In this document: piece after piece, positions 21,352-33,868 of the stretch
Position numbering within the stretch: the stretch's first letter is position 1
How the letters are laid out: every line of letters begins with the position of its first letter
Source: Amoebophrya sp. A120
Taxonomy: Eukaryota; Protista; Dinoflagellata
Assembly: GCA_905178155.1 (NCBI GenBank)
Contig: CAJINV010000004.1
Span: forward strand, 6,848,358-6,912,357
Length of the DNA: 64,000 nucleotides
Direction: 5' to 3'
The notes under the pieces: model-generated
What the model was told of the DNA's origin: nothing
Seen by the model: the letters and a program-made list of their open reading frames with translations, nothing else
Database searches by the model: none
Translations under genes and position numbers: made by a program

Positions 21352-24300
21352 ATGGGCGACGACCAGCACAGCCACCATTTCGAGCAGAAAGACAATCCCC
21401 CACGACCCGTGATTCCATCTGGCCGACGTAATTTTCACCCTCACGACCATCCAGATCAGGGTAGGGCTACTAATGCCGCCGGCCGCGACTTAGCAGAGCC
21501 GGGCAATATTAGACGCTTCGAAAAAAACAATGCGCACTTCGTCCAAGAAGAGCACGATGTCCCAAGCTATCCTTTACCCGTCGCCCCAGTTCCGACACAG
21601 GCAACGTCGGCGTTGCATACTGCGACCACAGTAGACTTCGAGGCGAGAGTTTGGCCTGCACGGGGCGCAAATGGAAATACAAATGCAGGAACCGGCGTGG
21701 GACAACAAGGAGAAGGTGTTCGAGATCATGAACAGGCTGCTTACGAGTGCCAAGCTGCACGGGACGAGCAGGACGATCTGCCACAAGAGCGGGGTAATGT
21801 TCTTGTTCCGCGCGACCCTTACGCTCGAGAGCGAAACGCGATCTCCTACGACGGCGTAGAAGTGAACACCACCTTGTCCGCCGGCAATCATGGAAGCTCC
21901 TACTTTCAGGAGCAAGACGACGCCAGGAGGCCGGCTGCGACGAGTACGATTGAAGACGATGTGATAAGCAGGACAGGAGCGGCTGCCGCTGCGCGGCCCG
22001 GCCGCGGCTATGTTGATATCCGGCCGTCGACAAGAGACGATTTTTCGTCGACGGCCTACAATCCGAACAGAGAAACCGAGAGCTGTTATTCCTCGGCTCC
22101 GAGGGTGAGAAATGTTGACCATGCTGGCCTCACTGATGCGTATAGTGACAAGAAGCGCAACTACTTCCACACAGCCAGAGGGCGGCTGGAAAACAGAGAA
22201 ACCAGTTTCGATAGCAATGCCGACTACGAAAATGCCACAGCGGCAGCGCCGGCACCGCAAGAACGATATCAGCGAAATGCTGTCGAGAACGACCAGCGTC
22301 AAGGACTTCAAGACTTTATCTACCAGGCGGACCTGCCAAAGGTGGCTGTTGTGGATACATCAAACGGTGACCGCAAGCAGGGAGTGGGTTTCACGATTGA
22401 GCACCGTGAATACAACCGAGGACAGCGAACTGCGAAGCCAATGCTCCACCAGAAGCAGCAAGAAGGCCAAGGGCTCGTTGCTCAAGACGCACACCAGAAA
22501 GAAGCGCATGATCAGCATGGTCTTCAAATACATAGAAAAAATCCTCGCGACACTACTAGCTCTGGATCGAGGTGGTGCGGCGACAAGGCTGAGCAGACCC
22601 GCCACGACCCTGTTGTCCCGGAGTCCACACAGATTCCACCTCGGCGCGCGGAAAAGATTGACACTCCTCCCGCACCTAATGGCAAGCTCCAGAGGGGCAA
22701 CGACGCCCGGGATCATGATGGTGGACCCAACGGCAATCTCCCAGATGTGTGTCCTGCGAACGCGAATAAAGTGGCGAATCTGTCACCTCCTGAGCCTGTA
22801 CTTTCCACCCCCGTAGCCAGCATCCCCGTTTATGGGCGCCACAGCGCCCCTTTTATCAACTCCCCAAGCGACCTGCCCGAGTATTTCAACGACGAGGACT
22901 GCCGGACTTCGTACCAAGAAAACGACTCGCTACTCTCCACGGTTGCCTTCATTCAGCGCAAAAAAATCGACGTGACCGCCACCGCCCGCGTTGGCCCAGG
23001 AATGGTCATCTGCATGGGCGAAGAGGTGGTTGACAACCATCACGTGGACTTCAACAAGCCGACTTTATTGCTCGAAGTTGTGAAGCGGATTGGGAAGGGC
23101 GGGTCGGCAGAAGTGTTCGAGTGCCTAGATTTGCGAACTTGTGTGGTAGACGGAGGCTCAACTACTACAGCCTCGGGCAGTCGTGGCAACTACAGCTGCA
23201 ATCGTGACGCGTCGCGAAGTGGTGGCATTGGAAGCAGCGGCAACGGTCGCGACAGGGAGATGAAAGCTTCTCAGCTATCCGCCACCCGATACGCATTGAA
23301 GGTCGTCTACGCACGGGACGCGCGGCAAATGCGTTCGTTTGCCATGGAGGTAAACTGGCTGCGGGCTTTGCGGGACAAAAATCGTGCGAGCGCAGGGGGG
23401 AAGGGCAATGCTGGCCACAGCGCAGACGAGCTGCGGGTAGTGAGGATGATCGGGGAAGCGAAATTTTTTCCGAAAGACCTGGCGATCCACATTTTGCTGG
23501 AGTTCGCGGACTGTGGTATGGAAGGGAAGTGTTTCTGTTGGTTTGAATCGTACAGAAGTTGTATCTATTTTTGTGATGCGGAATAAACTTGGATAAGATG
23601 CAGCAGTGCGGGAAGCTTATTATATCTATGTCTTCCCATGTTGCGACTGAAGCCGTAGCCGGATGGAATTTGCCGTTTTTTTTTCCGCACGACAAAATAT
23701 CTGCAGTACATCAACTGGAACTGGTTGAACAACTGAAGCACCTTCTTTCCCCTCCCATACCCAATCTTCATTCCTTCCTCCGGAAAAACTACGAAATTTT
23801 CTCCATTTACGACATTCGCAACCTCTGGCGCGACATGGTCGCGGGCGTCGTGGCGATTCACAGCCTCGGGTTGATCCACTTTGATCTCAAACCGGCGAAT
23901 TTCCTCATCGTGGACAACATCGTGAAGGTCTCTGATTTCGGCCTCGCGAGAGGGATCAATAAAGACGAGGGAATCACCCACGTCTCCCGCGATCGCCAGT
24001 GCGGTACGCCCCGCTACATGCCGCCCGAGGCGTTCTACCAGCCGGATGAGGGATCGGCGAGTTTGAAGATGCGACCGGCTGCCGATGTTTGGGCGTTGGG
24101 GATCATCCTCTACCAATTATTGTACGGTCGAGCGCCGTACGAGCATTTAGAGGGGTGTGGGATGCGGGCGCAGTTCGCCGTGGCGGATTCCCGGGTCCGG
24201 ATTCTGTACTCGAAATCTCGGCGGTGGGAAGAGCAAGACGCGCAGTTATTCGGCCATCTGGTCTCTCTACTGCAGGCCACGCTGCGGTGGCGCTGGGAGC

Positions 24301-27300
24301 GGCGTTGGGACGCGCAGACGGTGTTGAAGTATTTGGAAATGGGAGACGAGCAGTACGATGCGAATGTTCAGCCATGCCAAGGGACCACCAAGACGAGAAG
24401 GAATCAAAAGCTGCTGAAAATGCCGAAAAACCTGGTCAATGAAGAAGACATAAAGGGAAAAACGACGAAATGGGAGGGCCATCGGCTGTCGGACATTTAC
24501 GAAGAGGAATTTATCGAGCAGACGTCGCTACCGTTGTTGGCGAAACAAGAGATGAACTACTCCTGCAACTCGACTTCTTTCGGTGCTACGGGTGCGGAGA
24601 AAGCGGAGCTATTGGCACGACGACAGGACGGACTTGGAAACCTGGATGATGGCGGCGGCGCTACGTGCCAAATCGAGAAGGAGGTGCTGGAGTCGGGTGG
24701 TGAAGAAAAGAAAATGAGAAGCGACAAAAATATCCGAGATCTCGCAAATGAAGTAGCAGAAGAACACGAGCCAGAGCTGGCATCGTCCTCGGAGGAAGAG
24801 CATGAGTTGGATGAAAATGCTGAGAAAGGTTTGGCATTGATGTCGCAGCAGCAGCAGCAGGCGCAAGGCGCCGCTTCCGAAGATTTTGCTTTGGAAAACA
24901 ACAAAACAGCATCGCTAACTTCTGCAACACAAACCTTCGACACCGGGCAGCGAGACACGACGCCAAGTTTTGCACGTGACGATAATGAGGAACCGTCGCA
25001 AGAAGACAAATTTCATTCCATGACAGAAGATCCCTCTTCATCATCGACATCTTCCACTCTATCTCCTTGCGCCGCTTTCCTGGCCTCATCGCTCTCAACC
25101 ATCATCATCACCATCATCGCTGTTTGTCTTTTCGCGGGCGCTACGGGCTTGGCAGTCCATATGGGCAACGTGAGCGAGGGGAACAAACAGAAAGCAGAGC
25201 TGGGATCTTCAGGGGACGGTGATGAGTATCCGTTTGGCGGCTTCGGCGGCTGGCATAAACCAAACATTTTAGTCCCGACGAGAATCTTCAACGGGGATGG
25301 AGGCGGTGGCGGGGGTGGTGGCACTTCACCTGGAGGGAACCCGAGCGGCCCACCAACAGGTCGAGGAAATGATGGTCAGAGCGGGAATGCCGGAACCACC
25401 GCTCCTTTGCAGCAACCTGTTCCTCCTGCGAGTCCTTCATCGGGCTTGTTGAGCCTCTTCCCCCCGGGACCCGTTTCCGGAGCGGAGTTTCTGGCGCCGG
25501 CGAAACCAAAACCAAAACCTGCAGCACCGACGGGTGGTGCAGCAGCGCCAAAACCAGCACCGGTCACTTCCGCTTCTGCTACTACACCGGTTGCAGCTTC
25601 TGCTGCACAGGTTGCAGCTTCTGCCTCCGCCAGCCCACCAACAGTGCTTCCCGCTGCGACGGTGCCGGCTCAAGCGGCAGTTCCTGTTGAACCGAGTGCA
25701 GCAAATCTTCCATCGCCCACAACTGCAGCTGACCCGGAAGCTCAAGCAGGTCGAGCAGCACCTGAAGTTGAGACTGCTTCGGCTGGTGCCCCGTCTGCGT
25801 CATCATCTCCTATGGGAGGTGGCCGGACAGAAAGTTCGAGTGACCCAGCAGCGCACGAAACGACCCACAGGGACGAAAACCAATCGGCACAGCCAGTGCC
25901 TGGAGGCCGCGAACGAGAGGAAACCACGCAGACTGGCACTACTCGTCAGGCGGAAGAGCAGGAGAACAGCCCTGCAGCTTCCACCCTAGCTTCACAGGAG
26001 GCCGAACATCAAAGGGAAGGGTCGCGAAGCACTGAAACGCAGCCAGGTGCAGCTGCCGGTTCTGAACCATCGTCCGCCACTGGAAGTCTCGATGTGGGAA
26101 GTGCTCGAACTGGGGACCCATCTGCAGCTGGGGGTACGGGAAGCAGCCACGATGCCGGCCATTCCGCTTCAACGTCCAATCCGAGCCGTGATGGCGGTGT
26201 GAATCGGCCGCAAGTTGCTTCAGGCACAGAGAATGGGAACCAAAATAATCCGCCGGAACAACATGAAGTCCGCGACGGTAGTTTATCCGCCACTAGTGCC
26301 AGTACGACGAGGCCGCCCCCGCCCCGTCCACCCCAGGAGGGTGACAGCAGGGATCTTCCTGAACCTGGAGCGCAAGAGGGAACTGGTGTTGAAACAAGCG
26401 GAATCGCACCGCAAATTGGCGTGTCTGGAACCGCGGCACCCAGGGGTCGAGACGTCGACCGTGAGCAGGGTACAAGACTGCCATCGCGAAGTTTGAGTCC
26501 ACCTGCGACCTCACCGAGGCCGGCCCACTCGGCCACCCCCGAAAGACGAGGAGGTACCGGACCAGGTTGGCCGACAGATGTTGGAGCTGGTTCTGCGGAA
26601 CCGAGTGGCGGAAACCAAGTGCAGCCTGGCGCAGCACAGGATGCCGGCAGTGGCACAAAAGCGGCATTTGAGGGGAGCAGCGCGCCGACTTCCGGAAGTG
26701 CGACAGCTTCTGGCGGAGGCAGTTCTAGCTCTTCATCCATTTTCGCTCTTACTGGAACAGAAATAGTGAGCAGAACAATTGGACCAGCACTAGTTCCCCC
26801 AGCGACGACAATGCTACCCGAGTTACCGGTGGCCGCGCTAGAGGAGCGCCGGCACAGCTGCGAGGACCTTTTCGTAGAGTTTTTGGCTGAGAAGCTGCAG
26901 ACTTTGGATGGTGGAAGCATGGCGGGTTTTACACCGAAGGACTTCTGGAATGCTGACGTTGATGGAGGTCGGGATCACGTTGCAGAGGCCAATGCGCAGC
27001 TCGCTCGCCATTACGCAGAAGACAAAGATGCTGGTATCCGCAACTTGCAAGGAGAAGAGAAATATCTGCACGCGAATGATTGGACGGTACAGATTATTTG
27101 ATGATGCCTTTGTCGATGAGGCTCACCCTTTGCTTGTGCTTACCAAGAAGTAAATGAGAAAGGTCCGCGGGAGCACCAGGGCAGGCTCTAGGCGCAGTTC
27201 GATTTGATTTGAAATGCGCTAGGCTACATGCTGCTACTCCTCGTACTCGGGGAGATAATATATGTGTATGATGATTCGAAATGATAAAACTATGATGATG

Positions 27301-29018
27301 AATGTGATGCGTCTGATGGGCTGCAAAGAATAAAACAAGGACTTTCATTTTAATACACTTTTCAGATCGGGATTATTATGGCCATGATGCCCTTCTGTTT
27401 GGTCAACTACGACCTGAGCAGGATGGCCGAGTATAGTCGGATGGCACAGAAATGGCCCTTAAGAGTCGTCCAGCACTACACGTCGGATCGCCTAGCAGAG
27501 GGGTGCGCACGCAAGGACCTGCTTTTCTTTTCGCAGGTGTGGGACTTCTTTCATGAGCAGAGCCATGCTGCACCTGGTGGGTCCGGCACTGGGCGAAGCA
27601 TTGTTGTTTGGCACGATCCAAAGCTGCACGGTGGTGCTTTGGCTTCGGGGTCGGAGTGGCTCCTTCCCAAGACTCAGACCGCCTACGCTAATGTTCGTGA
27701 GCACCGTTGTCGTATTGGCATGGTTGCAGAATACCTCTTCCAGGCATCGCCTGTCGTCTCCGGTTTCTCCGCCACTAGATTTCACGTCCCCCATGGTACT
27801 TAGTTTCCGAATTCAATGTCACACTGTTTTTTTGAACAACTACGACACCAATTTTCAGTCATTTTGTGCACTGACCATTGTTAGGGGCGTGGAAATAGTG
27901 TAACAGGAACAGCTTTGCTTGCATGCTGTGCACACATATCATACAACAGGTTATTGTCTCAATCCGAAGCCGGGAAACGAGATGCCGTTGTTCTGGCCAG
28001 AAGCGCAACTTTGGAAGAAGTATCGGCTTTCAGATACGAGCAGCAAAACTAGTGATATATCTATAATCAGAATCAACGAGCAATACTTGCCCAAGCGTTA
28101 GTATACGTTGCATATTTCGCTGCAAGTCCAAGTGAGTAAGCGCCGCGTTACCCTGTGAGCCCATCGCAAGGTGTAGCCGGACAACCATCGAGCAATCAGC
28201 TTTACAGCATTGCAGCAAGTAGGCGCGATGATATATCAGTTGCTTTTGGTTTCATACAGCCTGGGGACTCAGCAGTTCCGGCGCAATGGCACTATGAATT
28301 TCAAAAAGATTTTCGTATGAGGGCGAATTTCTGGCTTGAAAAGTCTGACGGAAGCAGTGCGGAGTGGAGCTATCACCACTTCAGATATATGTGGCTCCTG
28401 AACCAGTGGCGGGCACTGCCTGAGCCCACACCCGAGAACCCGCATCCAACATTTCAGATCCCCGAAGCAAAAATACACTTTCACCCCAAACCAGATCGCG
28501 GATACGATGACGGGTTGCAGGCTTGGGTATACCATGGATTTGACAACAAACTCAAAGACATCAGGATGACCTTCAAAGAGCTCTTGCATCGTATCGAAAT
28601 GCTCACAGTGCAACCTGAGCCAGAATCGTGTCCGCCAACACCCTGGTCACCCTGTCCGAGTCCGCGTGCACTATCTCCAGTTCCAAGTGAGCATGGGTCT
28701 GTTGCGAGTCCTCGTGCACTATCTCCAGTTCCAAGTGAGCAAGGGTCTGTTGCGAGTTCGCGTTCGCGTTCACGTTCAGTATCTCCAGCTCCCAGCGAAA
28801 GAGGGTCTGTTGCGAGTTCGCATTCGCGTTCACGTTCAGTATCTCCAGCTCCAAGCGAGGGAGGGTCTGCTGGGAGTCCGCGCACAGTAGCTCGTCCAGC
28901 TCGAAGTGAGAGAGGGTCTATCTTAAGTAGTGGAGCGCCGGCAAGAAATGGCGTAAGGAGGAGTTTAGCGACGTCTTCGCAATCTGCAACAGGTCCGGCC
29001 GGTCTGGGCCACGGCTAG
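21352..29018 (+). CDS. Mps1/TTK-like protein kinase followed by a transmembrane segment, a long P/A/S/T linker and an unnamed C-terminal domain (multi-exon)
   Basis: IGKGGSAEVF, YALK, HFDLKPANFL, DFG, CGTPRYMPPE, DVWALGIILYQLLYGRAPY; hydrophobic LSTIIITIIAVCLFAGATGLAV; introns ~23515-23762 (non-canonical), 27087-27365 and 27796-27949 (GT-AG), and one near 28096-28259 with an uncertain donor. Confidence 0.78.
23517..23759. mobile_element. Degenerate introner inside the kinase domain
   Basis: tatggaagggaag... / ...ttcccctcccata; internal tttgtgatgc; no intact direct repeat, but removing the element plus 5 nt gives in-frame LEFADCNLHSFL. Confidence 0.65.
28656..28920 (+). repeat. Coding tandem repeats (48- and 60-nt units; SPRALSPVPSExGSVA / SSxSRSRSVSPAPSExGS)
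   Basis: Repeated atctccag(t/c)tcc(a/c)ag(t/c)ga...gggtctg units. Confidence 0.85.
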
Positions 29019-30126
29019 GCGATGTGAAGTATTTATATATATATGAAGTACACGGACGAGAAGTGATGAAGATGAGCAAAATTTTTAGCCACAAGGCACT
29101 GCGTACTAACTGAAGGAGCGCGCTAGTGTTTATCTTCCCTCGACACGACGACTTGTTTTTGTTGCTTGCAACTGGTGCTGTTCTCACGACTCTAAATCTG
29201 TATGTGCTGGCGGCGGGGGTGGCCTCCTGGGACGCAGATCTCATAACTTCCATGCCAAGTTGTAGCTGTTGAAATCGATGCAATGCATTCTCGAAGCATG
29301 GAAACTAGGGCTGTTTCACTCTTATACGGAGAGTAGGCAGTGCTCATGGACGCTCTGGCTTCTGGTGGAAGTGGACCGAGGGGAAGTGGAATTTGATTCG
29401 ATAGCGACAGGAGGTATGCCCCTGGCTCATGGAATTCTGGAAGAGTGTCGTCTGGGAGCTCAATCATCACACGCTTGTTGGACGATCTGGTCCGATTTCG
29501 CCAAGAATTTGATCCGAGTCTCGCCATTCGCGAGGGAAAGAAAAACATAAACAATCAAGCTATTATGCAGTTCCGCTATTTAGTATTTCGAGCAGAACCG
29601 TTAGAATATAAATAAGTTGACTGTCTATGTCAATGTCGGCTCGTTATGATCCTCACTGCATTCAATAGAACCGTTCTGGTCGAAAGGATCTATTAATTTA
29701 CTTAGTTTGACAAAGCAGTGTAGGAAGAGAAGTTCTAGAAGCGCAATGGCAATTCGTTCTCTATAGCATAAGGACAAGGAGCTGCGTTATGGCGAAAAAG
29801 TGTTATTATTTATGTCGAGAAACAGGCCGATCAAATATGTTGCTGTTGATATCTTTTCCTATATCGAGGACTGCCGTACAGAAATTGTTCTTTCAGGAGC
29901 TGTTGTATTCCCTGTAGAATAGCGCGAATGATGTTGAGAAAATAAGATTTTTGTACAATAATGTGAATTCCATGTGAAATGCTGAACCGTGAGGCAACAA
30001 CTCGGCCATCAATCATATCTACCCACAAGAATAACTGTACATGGCAGGCTTTGCCATTCACTTTTGGTTTTGATAAGTTTTATTTTTTACTTTTCCTTCA
30101 CATGTAAAACTAAAATTAAGTTGAAT

Positions 30127-32397
30127 ATGCTTAAAGCCATGAATATGCCGTGGCCGTTTTCCCTAATTATGTCGCTCTACCTCTACCCACAAATCCATTT
30201 TCTTGCTGGGTCTGTGCTGGTTTTCCGCACGGCAAGTGCGGTATCAGTCGTCGAGATTAAACCAGCAGCACAGGGTTCTCCAGTTCCAAATGCCGCGATC
30301 CAGGAGGGAGGTTTCCCCTCTGACGCAGCTAGCATTTGGGTTCGATCTTCGGATGTTACGCAAGAGAAAAGCGCCTCAGAATCTTCGGACAGCGGACTGC
30401 AACGTATCAACGTCTTGTGTCAGTTTTGGTTTTATATACATAGAACTTGCGCTTTTAGCATTCGGATATGCTTGTTGAATTCTACTAAAGCAAAGAAAAG
30501 GAGACCATCATTGATTGTATGCGCAGGTAAAGAGGCGCAGGAAGATGAGACAACTGCGCCCCTTGAGACAACAGCACAAGACGCTCGCACGGTTGCAAGA
30601 AAAGATTTCGTGGACCACATACGGGGTTCCGAGGAGGCCTTACTGATGTTTGGAAGAAGCAAATTATTACGCGAAACCCAAGGGGTCCTGAGTTTTCTGG
30701 CACCGACAGATGTCGCATCTTGGTTGCAAACAAGCAAATCGAACGCGGATAGGAAAGATACGCTCAATGCCAAGGTCAGAGCGGCAGCCATTGAGCAGAA
30801 CAAGAATGACCTGCTTCTGGAAAATCGCACTGAAAGTTGTGAGGATCTTTTTCTGGAAGTTTTACGCGATCGTTTGGGGAAGAAGAAGCCTCGGGACTTC
30901 TGGAATGCGGGGGTAGATAAGGGCAAGGATTTTCTGAAAGACTATCGCAAACGCATCGAGGAAGATGACGACCCTATAGAGGAACCACAGATACTGTCTG
31001 AATCCGGCACCACATGGAGCGTACTACTGCTTTCTTTATCAGCGTCTTCATTCTTTTATATTCATTTTCATATATCTGTTCTTGTGCAAAAATAGCCTGC
31101 TGGGTGCACCAGCAAATCTGCATGAGCAGTAGCCATTTTTACGACACTTCATAAATGTTTATCTATATCATGATCTTCCATTTTGGACTCCCATTTCAGG
31201 TGCGCCTTCTAATGACGATGGCGGCGGAGACCTGCAACCCTGCGGCAGGGCATTTGCAGACGCAGAACCGCATGTTTTCCATGAGGGAGAACTACGGAAA
31301 GAGAAAGCTTTCCAAGGGGTGTCACAGGAATGACATATCATTCTTTCGTGAGGTGCTCGATTTTTTTCATGAAGACGTTCGATCGCGCCGGCCACACAAA
31401 ACATCTCTTCGACCGGATTCTGCCGCGTCCGGCGGTGTAGCTGCCGAAACGTCGTCCGCGAAGCAGCGCAAACTCGTTGTATGGAATCCGCCGCGGGCGC
31501 GTGCGTTTTACTGGGGCCGCAACACCAGACGTGCCGTAGACATGGCTTCGAACCCTCATATCAAAGTAAAACAAACGTCAGTGCCTCTCTTATTAAATTG
31601 CAAGTGAAATAATCGAAATGTAGGGTGCTCATGTCGGTTTCGGTTTGCCCCTCCAGATAGATGCATTCAGCTTGCGGGCATTACCGACTGGGATCGTCCT
31701 CATTACGACGCTTATCTATCATCCCCGGTCACCGTAGTCATGCAGTGGTAGCTGGGGCACTAATGTTGTTTTGCTTCCATACCGGACCGTGAATTACTAG
31801 ATGCTAGGTGTCGACTTGCGATGGCCACAGAGCTACTTTTTCAGAAGCACACGGAAGTTTATGAAACCCGGGACTTCCAAGTCAAAATTGGTACACTTAT
31901 TCACTTGATATCCTAGGTAGCATCGAGGCGAATATTTTTGCAGAAAGCAGTATCACGCAACTGTGTTTTGTTTCATCATTTTATGCAGGAAATCCTTCGC
32001 CAGATCCATGTATTATAGAGGCAACCGTACCAAAACCAAATCCAAAAAATGTGCAGGTTACTGCATCAACCCCTTCGTCGAATATTGGGTCGGTGCTGAA
32101 TACGAGTATGGCCTTTCTGTAGCGGAGGAGATTCGGGAGGATTGGCACCCCAATTTTCGTAAGCTATTTCGCAAATACGCCAAGCGGTGGCGCGACGGTA
32201 GTGATGGGGTCGACTTGCGCTGGTCATACGAACAGTTTCAGTGGGATTGGCGCACATTTCATGCCAAGCGGCTTCGTGACACAACTGCTTACAACAGTAA
32301 AAAGCGTGGAGGAAAACCTGTTCCGGAAATCCTAGCCGCGAATCCAGGGAGGTTCTTGGTCGTGAACCCGACAAGAATTGCCGACGATCTTTGCTAG
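30127..32397 (+). CDS. Hypothetical, probably secreted protein; stand-alone paralog of the kinase C-terminal domain (GT-AG introns)
   Basis: SCEDLF..PRDFWNAGVDKGKD, CHRNDISFF..DFFHE, LVVW, GYCINP and WSYEQFQW mirror motifs at 26850-28410; intron 31021-31199 is at the same position as 27087-27365. Confidence 0.7.
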
Positions 32398-33868
32398 AGA
32401 GAGCAGGCCGCAACGCTGTGCGCCGATTCTGAGTCTGTGCGTACAAAGTCTCTTGCCAGACCAAAAATGGAACTGTACCTAAGGACGCCAAACTCTGCAC
32501 CAGCAAAGGCCTCGTCGTCCTGGAGCTATTGAGCCATTACTGGCTGCATTGCCTCGAGCCTTGCTGCGTGTAATAGTTGCTGCTGCAAATATATAAAGAG
32601 ACCTGCAGCTGCTGCATGTCATGGATTACGTTAAGATAAAGATACTTTTTGCTCTTGCTGCAGCAAGCATCTTCGGCTGCCCTACAACCGGAAACCTATT
32701 TCTATATTTTCACTTTCGGGCTGCATGGGCACTGAATAAACTCAAATGCGACTTTGCAGTTTTTCCGCATTGAAGGTGAAGATTCGGCACCTGCTAGCCC
32801 TTCTATTTACACATCGTCGCACTACACGTACAAGCAACCGGCTGACCCATATTTAGATACATTTGTAAAATTTTGAGGTCTGTATGATTCATTGATACAA
32901 AAAGATGAGATAGCGCAGAACGTAGCGTCACTGCATTGCTAAAATACGCACTTTTCTCCTGCAGTCACAATATACACCACAAGGGGATGAAGCTGCATGA
33001 AGGCACGATACACAATCTGAATAGCGAGTAGCTTCTTCCGCAGTTGCTCGTGACAACTTGTCACCAGAGGAAGAACGCGACTCGTGAGCAACAAAAGATA
33101 TTGTTCGTATCACGGAAAGTTCATTGTCTTACTAATCCACTCATGTTTTTACGAGGGCGAAGCGAAGGTTTGTATTTATCTTGGAAAATAAAGAAAAAAC
33201 CCGCGCTGGGGAGCAAGCGCTCTGTGCGATGTAGAGAACACCGATGTTTCTCGCAAGAGTACGCTGGCGTGAGCGCGTTTGTGAGGCACCCAGTGGTCAT
33301 AGAAATCGAAATGGAAATCAGGGATCTCGATTACGAAATTGATGCAAAAACTTAGGGATGGCGTTTCCATGCAATTCTAACAGAAGGCAGCACTCGTGAT
33401 CCGTGCGTCAAATCTCGTACGGTAAAATCCATCGGATCAAGGAATAATTTTCTGTTATTAAATAGGGTCGAGGATCAAAAGACGCATTTTTCGATTTTTT
33501 CTTTTCCCTCGGGTTCAGCAAATGAGAGTTGTGTGCCTATTTTGATAATTCTAAGCTTCACATCTTGATCCAAAGTATTTTCAGTGTTGCTCGTGATTGG
33601 CAGGAAAAGTCCGAGACGACGGGAGAAGCAGCAGCCACAGCCATCCTCTTACGCCGTTTTTTGACTTCTGCATGCCTCTTCAGTTACAATTTGTACAAAA
33701 AAAAATATTTGCAAGTTACAATTTGTTTGTGATACTAGAAGCCTGGTTTTAGGACGTACTTAGAAAGTACTAATTTTCATGAAAGCTGTAGGGCCGACAT
33801 TTGTTTGTTTTGATAACTACATATTATAACTACAAGTTTTAGTCTCTTCATCGTGGGCCTTGTCAAAC

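Noticed and set aside
31129-31139. gtagccatttt resembling the dinoflagellate spliced leader
   Set aside because: Only 11 nt match, inside an intron, lacking the GGCTCAAG end.
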